Source of the DNA: Planctomycetota bacterium
Lineage (GTDB): Bacteria; Planctomycetota; SZUA-567; H5-PLA8
DNA: 64,000 nt
Direction of reading: 5' to 3'
NCBI GenBank assembly: GCA_045863855.1
Contig: BTVV01000010.1
Location: forward strand, 28,779-92,778
Each line of letters opens with the position of its first letter. Positions within the stretch are counted from its first letter, which is position 1. Both the position numbers and the translations under genes were made by a program. Shown piece after piece: positions 56,207 through 64,000 of the stretch. The notes beneath the pieces were generated by a model that had not been told where the DNA came from, ran no database searches, and worked only from the letters and a program-made list of their open reading frames with translations.

Positions 56207-58102
56207 ATGGCAGCACTCGATCGGGAGACGACGGCCTACGCCGGTTCAGCGGAGCGCACCCCCCGCGCGGCTTTGGGCCTGCTGCTTCTGACGCTGACGC
56301 CGGCACTGATCCTGGGTTGCTGGCACGCTCCTTTCAGTCGCTACGACGATGCGATGATCATACACAATCCGCATCTGCAGCCGGATGCTGGTTGGTGGAG
56401 CGCCTGGTCGATCGATGCGCGCGAGCACTTTTATTATCCGCTGACGCTGTGGAGCTGGCGTTTCGACCGTGAGGTTTTCGCGCCGCTGCTCGAACCTTGG
56501 GCCGGCGAACAGGCTTGGGTGGCGGCCATTCGGGTTTCGAATCTGCTCCTGCATGGGGCGGGGGCTGTTTGTGTCTGGCTGGCGATTCGGGCTCTAGGCG
56601 GCGGCGCGATGTTGGCGGCTTTTGTCGCGGTGGCGGCCGCGCTGCATCCGACGGCGTGCGAATCCGTCTGCTGGGCCATCGAACGCAAAAACGTGCTCGC
56701 CGGAGCGCTGGGCTTTGCGGCATTGTGGCGCTATTTCGCCGCGGCGACCTGGCGCGGGCACCTCTTGGCGGCGGCGCTATTTATAGCGGCGCTATTGGCC
56801 AAAGCATCGGTGCTTGGCCTCTTCGCGGTGGTCTTGGCGTGGGAATGCTTGGGGCGCCCGCGTTTGGACGCATTACCCTCTGGCGGCGCAGCAACCAAAA
56901 GCTGGCATGCGGCGGTGCGACTATTGCCTTGGGCGTTTGGAGCCTATGTGTTGGGGCGGCTAAACTACACGCTGCAAGACGGCGTCGGCGCGGTGTTGCC
57001 GCCGCTGGGCGGCAGCCTCTGGTCGGCTTTCCTGACCGATCATTTAATCGTCTGGCGCTACTCGGAGAACTTCCTGTGGCCCGCGCGGCTCAGCGCATTT
57101 TACGGCATCGATCCGATTCGCTCGTTGGCCGACGTTCGCTTTTGGGCGTATGCGGCGGCCGGATACGGACTGATCGCGGGAAGTTGGTCCGTATGCGCAC
57201 CAAGCAAGCGCCGCGTCCTCGTCTTCGCCTGGGTTTGGGCGATCGCCGCGCTGGGACCGACGCTCAATTTCGTGGGACTTACCTTCGCCATGCAGGATCG
57301 TTATGCATACTTGAGCGCGCCCGGCTTCTGGCTTGCCATTGGGTTGACCTGCGCGGGTTTGGCCGGGCGGCTGCCGAGTTTGACGCAACGCTTGCCCAAG
57401 TGGATGGCCGGCGCGGGCGTTGTGGGTTGCGCACTAGCTTGGAGTTGGGTCGCGTACGCGCAAGGTTCGTTGTATTCCGATTCGCGCGCGCTCTTCGAGC
57501 AAGCCGCCGCACGCGAGCCTCGCAGCGCGTACGCGCAGCTTTTCCTAGTAGGGGATTTGCGCGCGGCCGCCGAAGCGGCGTATCGATCCGGCGACCGCGA
57601 CGCGGCGGCCGAGCTATTAAACCGGGCCATGGTTCATGCCGAACGCGGGATCGCGGCACCGGATTTCGAGCGCTACCTTTTTCAGCCAGCGGCGCGGCTT
57701 GATCTGGCTCAGATGTACCTCGACCGGGGCCGCATCGAAGAGGCTGCCGTTCAGGCGCGTAAGGCGTTGGAGCCTTCGATGGGCCTCCCGGTGTCCGAGG
57801 CGGAAAGCCTTCGCGCGCTGACGCTTGAAGGCCGCGCGTTCCTGCGTGCGGGCAAGCCGGATTTGGCGCTGGAGCGATTCAATGGGGCCCTGGCGATCGC
57901 GCCAGAGGACGCAGAACTTCACCTGCAATCGGCACGGGCGCTGCTTTCGCTGCGCGATTACTTCCTGGCCGCGCGCGAGGACGCCAAGGCGCGCGCCCTT
58001 GAGGAGCAGGCGCGCCAGGCGCTCGCGCGCGTACCCGAATCCAGTCCGCATCGGTCCGAAGCGCTTCGCTTGCTGGCGCTATTGCCGGAGCCTCGGCTCT
58101 AG
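56207..58102 (+). CDS. TMTC-like GT-C membrane glycosyltransferase with TPR tail, paralog 2
   Basis: RYDD, YYPLT, LHPTACESVCWAIERK, DRYAYL, TPRs. Confidence 0.8.
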   Translation: MAALDRETTAYAGSAERTPRAALGLLLLTLTPALILGCWHAPFSRYDDAMIIHNPHLQPDAGWWSAWSIDAREHFYYPLTLWSWRFDREVFAPLLEPWAGEQAWVAAIRVSNLLLHGAGAVCVWLAIRALGGGAMLAAFVAVAAALHPTACESVCWAIERKNVLAGALGFAALWRYFAAATWRGHLLAAALFIAALLAKASVLGLFAVVLAWECLGRPRLDALPSGGAATKSWHAAVRLLPWAFGAYVLGRLNYTLQDGVGAVLPPLGGSLWSAFLTDHLIVWRYSENFLWPARLSAFYGIDPIRSLADVRFWAYAAAGYGLIAGSWSVCAPSKRRVLVFAWVWAIAALGPTLNFVGLTFAMQDRYAYLSAPGFWLAIGLTCAGLAGRLPSLTQRLPKWMAGAGVVGCALAWSWVAYAQGSLYSDSRALFEQAAAREPRSAYAQLFLVGDLRAAAEAAYRSGDRDAAAELLNRAMVHAERGIAAPDFERYLFQPAARLDLAQMYLDRGRIEEAAVQARKALEPSMGLPVSEAESLRALTLEGRAFLRAGKPDLALERFNGALAIAPEDAELHLQSARALLSLRDYFLAAREDAKARALEEQARQALARVPESSPHRSEALRLLALLPEPRL

Positions 58103-58278
58103 CGGTGCGGCTTGAAACAGGCTGCCGGCGGTGGTAAAGAGGGTTTATGCACACGGTGGCCGATCCTACGCTCCCGACCGTGCGCGGCATCGATCCGCGC
58201 GGCGCCGCTTCGTGTGCGTGTTGAGACGCGTTCCCGCTTCGCCACCCTCCCTCGTCCGCGCACGAAAGGCCGTCCCGC

Positions 58279-59856
58279 ATGCTCCGCATTATGAATTCGC
58301 AGTCGCGCGAGAAGGAAGAGTTCAAGCCGCTCGATCCGGCCGGCCGCAAGGTTCGCATCTACTGTTGCGGCCCAACCGTGTACGACAGCCTTCATATTGG
58401 CCACGCGCGCGCGTACATCGTACCGGATGTCATTCGGCGCTACCTGGAGCATAAAGGCTACCAGGTTCGCTACGTGACTAATTTCACCGATATCGACGAC
58501 AAGATCATCAAACGCGCCTTGAAAGAGAAGCGCAATTGGCGCGAGATCACGGATACATACATTGGCGAGAGCCATACGCTGATGCATCGTTTGAATATCC
58601 GGCCTGCCGACGGATTCCCGCGCGCGACCGACCATATCGACGAGATGCTGGAAATCGTCAAGCTGCTCATGGACCGAAAGCACGCCTATGCCGCCAGCGA
58701 CGGCGATATTTATTTCGATACCGGAAGTTACGCGCGCTACGGAAACCTCTCCAAGCGCAAGCTCGACGAGGAAGAAGCTGGTTTGTCGGGTCGCGTCGAC
58801 GAAGAGCGGCTCAAGGTGAAGAAGAACCCGGGCGATTTCATTCTTTGGAAGCTCAACAAGAACGATAAGGGAGAACTGCTGGCGGGCAGCGACAAAGTGC
58901 CGCGCTGGCCCAGTCCTTACGGCGACGGGCGCCCCGGCTGGCACTTGGAATGCAGCGCCATGTCGAGGCGCTATCTGGGCGTGCCCTTCGATATCCACTG
59001 CGGCGGCAAGGATTTGCTCTTCCCTCACCATGAGGACGAAAAGGCGCAGACCGAATGCGCCTACTGCGACGAACTGTCCGGAGCCGAATCCGTACGCTAC
59101 TGGGTCCACAACGAATTCATTACCGTGGACGGCGAGAAAATGGCCAAGAGCAGCCAGGAGAAAATGGGCCGCAGCAACGTGAAGTGGGTGCGTGAGATGA
59201 TTTGGCCGGAAGGCCCTTACGATCCGATGGCCCTGCGCATGATGCTGCTCTCGAGTCATTACCGCTCGCCGGTGGACTTCACGCTGGAAATGCTCGACGA
59301 GGCGACCGCGAAGCTCGAGCGCATTTACAACGCGCTGGAAGGACTCGCGCGCATCTCGGGCGAAAATCCGAACGAGACGGGAAGCTGGCGCAAGACCAGC
59401 GAAGAGATGGCGCTCCTGGAGGACGCCGGCACGCAGACCATCGGCGTACCGCTGCTCAAGGCCGTCGTCCGCGCCGAATCGGCTTTCGAGTCGGCGATGG
59501 ACGACGACTTTAACACCGCCGGGGCGCTGGGCGTGATCTTCGAGTTTGTAAGCGCCGTAAACAGCGAACTGGCCAAGCGTGCCGGGCAGGAATGTTCGCC
59601 CGCGGAACGCATCGGCTTCCAACATGCCTCGCAGACAATCCGCAAGCTGATGGGCATTCTGGGCCTGCGCGAATGGCGCGAAACGCTAAGCGGCGGCGCA
59701 GAGGCCGGGCTTTCCGCGCTGCTGCTCGAGATTCGCGCGCTGGCGCGACAAGGCAAGCAATTCCCGCTCGCAGACGCGATCCGCGACGGACTCCTGAGGC
59801 TGAACTTCGAAATCAAGGATCTGCCCGGCGGGAAGTCGGAGGTTCGCAAAAAGTAG
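58279..59856 (+). CDS. cysS: Cysteine--tRNA ligase
   Basis: CGPTVY..HIGH, NFTDIDDK, GRPGWHLECS, DIH.GG.DL.FPHH, KMAKS, DDDFNT. Confidence 0.97.
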   Translation: MLRIMNSQSREKEEFKPLDPAGRKVRIYCCGPTVYDSLHIGHARAYIVPDVIRRYLEHKGYQVRYVTNFTDIDDKIIKRALKEKRNWREITDTYIGESHTLMHRLNIRPADGFPRATDHIDEMLEIVKLLMDRKHAYAASDGDIYFDTGSYARYGNLSKRKLDEEEAGLSGRVDEERLKVKKNPGDFILWKLNKNDKGELLAGSDKVPRWPSPYGDGRPGWHLECSAMSRRYLGVPFDIHCGGKDLLFPHHEDEKAQTECAYCDELSGAESVRYWVHNEFITVDGEKMAKSSQEKMGRSNVKWVREMIWPEGPYDPMALRMMLLSSHYRSPVDFTLEMLDEATAKLERIYNALEGLARISGENPNETGSWRKTSEEMALLEDAGTQTIGVPLLKAVVRAESAFESAMDDDFNTAGALGVIFEFVSAVNSELAKRAGQECSPAERIGFQHASQTIRKLMGILGLREWRETLSGGAEAGLSALLLEIRALARQGKQFPLADAIRDGLLRLNFEIKDLPGGKSEVRKK

Positions 59857-59907
59857 CGTTCGCTTTCCGCGGGTGGCGTCCGTCCCGCGCACACCTACAA
59901 TCCCTGC

Positions 59908-61908
59908 ATGTGCGGTATTGTGGGCTTGGTGCGCTGGAATGGGTTGGCGGGTGGCGATGCCGAACGCATCGAACGCGCTGCTCGCACCCTGATACACCGC
60001 GGTCCCGACAGCGAGGGTTTCTGGCGCGATACGCATTGCGCGCTGGGGTTCCGGCGCCTGAAGGTAATCGACCTCTCGCCCGCCGCCGAGCAGCCCATGG
60101 CCAACGAGGACGGCGCGTTGCACGTCGTCTTTAATGGCGAGATCTACAACTTTCGCGCCTTGCGGTCCGAGCTTGAACAAGCGGGCCATACCTTCGCCAG
60201 CCAGTCGGACACCGAAGTGCTTTTGCACGGCTACGAGCAATGGGGGCTCGAACCGTTGCTCGAGAGGTTGCGCGGCATGTTTGCGTTTGCGCTTTGGGAT
60301 GCGCGGGAACGCAGATTGGTGCTCGCGCGGGACCCCATCGGCGTGAAGCCGCTGTACTTTGCCGAACGTGGCGACGCGCTGCTCTTCGCCAGCGAACCCA
60401 AAGCGCTATTCGCGTCCGGGCTGGTTGAACCCGAGTTGGACCCCGTCGCGCTGCATGAAGCGCTTACGTATCGCTACGTGCCGCCGCCACGCAGCGGGTT
60501 CAAGGATGTGGAGAAGCTCCCGCCGGGACATTGCGCGGAAGGCAAGGACGCGGCGCTGCGGTATCGATCTTGGTGGACGTTGAAGGCGAACTCGGATGTC
60601 GCATCGCTTGCGAGGGAAGGCGAAGAGTTGCGAATGCGGTCCCAGCCGGGGTTGCAAACCCTGGGGCCGTTCGAGCTGAAATGTCATCATGCTCTGGCCG
60701 AAGCTTTTGGGCGCAGGACGAACGCGGATGTTCCCAAAGGCGTCTGGCTTTCCGGGGGGCTGGATTCGTCGCTCGTGGCGGCGCTGTACGGCGCGGGATC
60801 TTCGACCTTTGCCGCGGGCTTTGCTCTGCCCGAGTGGGATGAGCGACCGCTCGCGCGCATGACGGCCGAGCATCTGCATACGCAGCACACGGACTTCGAA
60901 GTGCCGCCCGATGTATTTAAGCTATTGCAGCAGATCGTATGGCATGCGGACGAGCCTTATTTCGACAGCTCGTGTTTGCCTACTTACGTGCTGGCCGAGC
61001 GGACCAAGGCGCATGCCACGGTTGTACAGAGCGGGGATGGCGGCGACGAAGCTTTCGCCGGCTATCAGCGCTACGTCGGCATGAAGCACTACCGGAACTG
61101 GATGCGCCTGCCGCGTTGGCTGCGTGCAGGCTTCGTTAAATTCGCGCACGCATGGCATCCCGTGCCCTCGCGGCAAGGTTGGGATCGCCTCGTGCGCTGG
61201 ATGGAGAAGCTGCGCAAGCAGGAAGCTTCGAACATCCCGGCGTACGTGGGCGCCCAAACGCTTTTTGAGCAAGAGGCCATTCGCGGGCTTTATAGCGACG
61301 AACTCGCGGCGCAGAACGCGGAGTTGGACGGTCGCGAATATTTGGCCAACGCGCTCAAGCGCGCCGCAAAAGCGCTCTATCCCAATGACGAGCCTAGCGA
61401 TCACCTTTCCGAAGTGGGTGTGTTGCAACGGGCGGATTTGGCGACCTATCTGCCTGGTGACGTGCTGCATAAGGTGGATCGCATGTCCATGGCCCACGGT
61501 TTGGAGGTGCGCAGCCCGTTTTTGGATGTGGACCTGATCGAGCTGGCGTTGTCGATTCCCGATGAGGTGCGTATGCCGGGTCGCGAGACCAAACCGTTGC
61601 TGCGAAAGCTGGCAACCCAGCGCGTGCCCGAACAAGTGGTGCGTTCGGCCAAGCGCGGATTCGGTGTGCCGCTCGACGATTGGTTTCGCGGGCCGCTTCA
61701 GAAAGTCGCCGCCGATCTTTTCCATGAGTCGCGGCTGGTTGGCGACGGGCTATTCCGGTCCGGTTACTGGGAGCCGTTCTGGAAGGCGCATCAGGAGCGG
61801 CAGGATAATCACGGTGAGCGTCTTTATGCGCTGTTGGCGACCGAACTTTGGTATCGCACTTTCCTGGACGGCGCGCCTGCCGGTGAACGCCCCGCGCCAC
61901 TTGCGTGA
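59908..61908 (+). CDS. asnB: Asparagine synthase (glutamine-hydrolyzing) family amidotransferase
   Basis: N-terminal MCG, HRGPD, FNGEIYN, LSGGLDSS, SGDGGDE.FAGY, KVDRMSM.HGLEVRSPFLD. Confidence 0.92.
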   Translation: MCGIVGLVRWNGLAGGDAERIERAARTLIHRGPDSEGFWRDTHCALGFRRLKVIDLSPAAEQPMANEDGALHVVFNGEIYNFRALRSELEQAGHTFASQSDTEVLLHGYEQWGLEPLLERLRGMFAFALWDARERRLVLARDPIGVKPLYFAERGDALLFASEPKALFASGLVEPELDPVALHEALTYRYVPPPRSGFKDVEKLPPGHCAEGKDAALRYRSWWTLKANSDVASLAREGEELRMRSQPGLQTLGPFELKCHHALAEAFGRRTNADVPKGVWLSGGLDSSLVAALYGAGSSTFAAGFALPEWDERPLARMTAEHLHTQHTDFEVPPDVFKLLQQIVWHADEPYFDSSCLPTYVLAERTKAHATVVQSGDGGDEAFAGYQRYVGMKHYRNWMRLPRWLRAGFVKFAHAWHPVPSRQGWDRLVRWMEKLRKQEASNIPAYVGAQTLFEQEAIRGLYSDELAAQNAELDGREYLANALKRAAKALYPNDEPSDHLSEVGVLQRADLATYLPGDVLHKVDRMSMAHGLEVRSPFLDVDLIELALSIPDEVRMPGRETKPLLRKLATQRVPEQVVRSAKRGFGVPLDDWFRGPLQKVAADLFHESRLVGDGLFRSGYWEPFWKAHQERQDNHGERLYALLATELWYRTFLDGAPAGERPAPLA

Positions 61909-62087
61909 CCATAATACCGGCTTTATCCCACCGCATGGCGTGGCGTTGTTCCGCACTGGCAGGCGATTCGGCTTGGGCTATGGTGCTTGCATCAGCTCCA
62001 TTCGAGAGGCCGTTTTCGGCCGCTTTTTTCGTGAAGCGGGCGATGTTTTAATTCAAGCGTGGTCAGGACCGAACCAAGGAGGGGGCG

Positions 62088-63170
62088 ATGGGCAAGGCAA
62101 CCGGGAAGCGCAGTCAGCGGCGGATGGTCATTCTCACCGAAGGCCAGCTAAACATTTGGCGCGCCAAGACGGCGGTGAGCGTGATTCGCTATCGGCCCGA
62201 CGAGGTGGTGTGCGTGCTAGACAGTAAAGCAGCCGGCCGCAACCTGAAGGAAATGGTGGGCGTGGGCGCCGATGTGCCCATCGTGGCCACCTTAAAGGAA
62301 GCGCTGAGTTACAAGCCCAACACCTTGATGATCGGCATAGCGCCGGTAGGTGGCAAACTTCCCGCGGCGTGGCTGAAGACGATTGCAGACGCGATGAAAG
62401 CCGGCTTAGATGTGATAAGCGGCTTGCATACGTTTCTCAACGACGACCCGAAGCTCGCGAGCATCGCCAAGCAATACAAGCGCACTATCTGGGACGTCCG
62501 CGTGCCGCCCCCGGATCTCGACTGCAGCCTGAACATCGCCAAAGACACCAAATGCAAGCGCGTGCTGGCCGTGGGCAGCGACTGCAACCTGGGCAAGATG
62601 TCGGTGATGCTGGAGATGACCAAGGAGGCCAAGGCGCGCGGGTACGATGCCGAGTTCGTCGCCACCGGCCAGACCGGGATCATTATCGAAGGCAGCGGCA
62701 TCCCCATGGACCGCACGATCAGCGATTTCACGAACGGCGCGGCCGAGCGGTTGGTGCTGGAACGCAAGCATCGCGAAATACTCTTCGTCGAAGGCCAGGG
62801 TGCCATCGGGCATCCCGCTTATAGCGCCGTGACGATGGGTCTGCTGCACGGCACCGCGCCTGACGCGATGGTGCTGTGCCATTGCCCGACGCGGAAGGTG
62901 ACCAATAATGTTCCGACGCCCATTCCTTCGTTGCCCTTCTTGATCGACCTGCACGAGAAGCTCGCCGGGTTGCTTTGTCCTTCGAAGGTTGTCGCCGTGG
63001 CGCTGAATACCTTTGAAATGACGCCGGCCGCCGCGAAGCGCGAGGTCGAGAAAACCGAAAAGCTGACCGGACTCCCGTGCACCGACGTGTACCGGTTTGG
63101 GCGCGTCGACAAGCTGATGGATGCGCTGGAGAAGCATTACAAGATCAAGAAGCGGAAGAAAAAGAAATGA
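62088..63170 (+). CDS. DUF1611 family P-loop protein (DgcN-like)
   Basis: AKTA, GIAP.GG, SGLH, VGSDCNLGK, ATGQTG, EGQG...HP.YS, LLHG. Confidence 0.88.
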   Translation: MGKATGKRSQRRMVILTEGQLNIWRAKTAVSVIRYRPDEVVCVLDSKAAGRNLKEMVGVGADVPIVATLKEALSYKPNTLMIGIAPVGGKLPAAWLKTIADAMKAGLDVISGLHTFLNDDPKLASIAKQYKRTIWDVRVPPPDLDCSLNIAKDTKCKRVLAVGSDCNLGKMSVMLEMTKEAKARGYDAEFVATGQTGIIIEGSGIPMDRTISDFTNGAAERLVLERKHREILFVEGQGAIGHPAYSAVTMGLLHGTAPDAMVLCHCPTRKVTNNVPTPIPSLPFLIDLHEKLAGLLCPSKVVAVALNTFEMTPAAAKREVEKTEKLTGLPCTDVYRFGRVDKLMDALEKHYKIKKRKKKK

Positions 63171-64000
63171 AGCTGACTGCTGAACCGCTGGAACTGCGCC
63201 TGCGTCACACGTTTACGATCGCACGCTCGTCGTCGGATTGGGCGCATAATGTGCTCGTGCGCATTCGCCATGGCAAACACGAAGGGCTGGGCGAAGCCAG
63301 CCCCGTGAGCTATTACGGACAGGACCAGGCGGGCACGATCAAGACTTTGCGCGAGATGGGCCGCGTGCTCGCGAAGGCGCAGCCGTTCGATCTGGAGCGC
63401 GTGCTGACCGAACTGCGCCGCAAGTATCCGAAGCACCCCGGCGCGCTCGCGGCCATCGATCTTGCTTTACATGACCTGATCGGAAAATTGTTGAACATCC
63501 CGCTGTGGAAATACTGGGGCCTCGATGCCGCGGGCACGCCGCGGACTTCCTTCACCATCGGGATCGATTCGCTCGAGAAAGTGCGTCAGAAATTGGCCGA
63601 AGCCGAACGCTTTCCCGTGCTCAAGATCAAGCTGGGCGTGCCCGGCGACGAAGAGATTATCAAGGAAGTCCGCAAGCAGTGCCCCAAGAAAACGATTCGA
63701 GTGGACGCCAACTGCGGCTGGAGCGTTGCGGATTCGATCCGCAAAGCGAAATTGCTGGAGAAGCTGGGTGTCGAATTCCTCGAGCAGCCCGTGCCCCCCG
63801 GTAATCCCGCGGCGCTGAAACGGATCAAGCAACGCATTGGAATTCCACTGCTCACCGACGAGTCCAGCGTGATTCCTGAAGATGTCCCCAAGCTGTTGGG
63901 ATGCGTGGACGGGATCAACATCAAGCTCGTCAAATGCGGCGGATTGCGCCGGGCGTTGCAAATGATCTTGAGCCCGCAGGATCGCGCGGTGTGGATCATT
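63167..64000 (+). CDS. L-Ala-D/L-Glu epimerase family (DgcA-like), partial; runs off the window and is not in the ORF track
   Basis: Translated by hand from ATG 63167 (ATGA overlap): MKLTAEPLELRLRHTFTIAR...GLGEA...AAIDLALHDL...TSFTIG...KIKLG...VDANCGW...EQP...DES...INIKLVKCGG. Confidence 0.9.
   Translation, partial: MKLTAEPLELRLRHTFTIARSSSDWAHNVLVRIRHGKHEGLGEASPVSYYGQDQAGTIKTLREMGRVLAKAQPFDLERVLTELRRKYPKHPGALAAIDLALHDLIGKLLNIPLWKYWGLDAAGTPRTSFTIGIDSLEKVRQKLAEAERFPVLKIKLGVPGDEEIIKEVRKQCPKKTIRVDANCGWSVADSIRKAKLLEKLGVEFLEQPVPPGNPAALKRIKQRIGIPLLTDESSVIPEDVPKLLGCVDGINIKLVKCGGLRRALQMILSPQDRAVWII

Noticed and set aside
1..64000. tRNA, rRNA, IS elements, prophage or known defence systems
   Set aside because: No cloverleaf or rRNA signatures and no transposase, integrase, phage or recognisable defence ORFs were seen by eye; a tRNAscan/Rfam run would be the proper test.

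Overview
GC-rich bacterial chromosomal segment, probably from a Planctomycetota/PVC lineage (inferred from several eukaryote-type Ser/Thr kinases, a zinc-ribbon insertion in ValRS, and DUF6785- and TMTC-like membrane proteins). It holds about 37 protein-coding genes. These include housekeeping genes (valS, cysS, fmt, asnB-like) and amino-acid/peptide catabolism genes (tnaA, putA, two tandem M16C peptidases, a DUF1611 + dipeptide-epimerase pair). There are also an ABC exporter module, secreted CAZyme-like proteins (beta-helix protein, GH9) and three Ser/Thr kinase-family genes. No rRNA, tRNA, CRISPR array, transposase or integrase was seen. Four observations stand out. (1) An uncharacterised ~330-aa module (4-Cys motif + TPR + beta-rich domain) occurs both as a stand-alone gene and fused to the adjacent Ser/Thr kinase, behind a near-consensus promoter overlapped by operator-like repeats. 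(2) A ~2-kb AT-richer island contains two orphan ORFs, each preceded by a copy of a 53-bp hairpin repeat, behind one extended -10 promoter and surrounded by other REP-like palindromes. (3) A kinase and a pseudokinase are divergently arranged. (4) The last 26 bp of coding sequence at the window end are inverted, probably a fold-back artefact. All family assignments are from motif recognition by eye; no searches were run.
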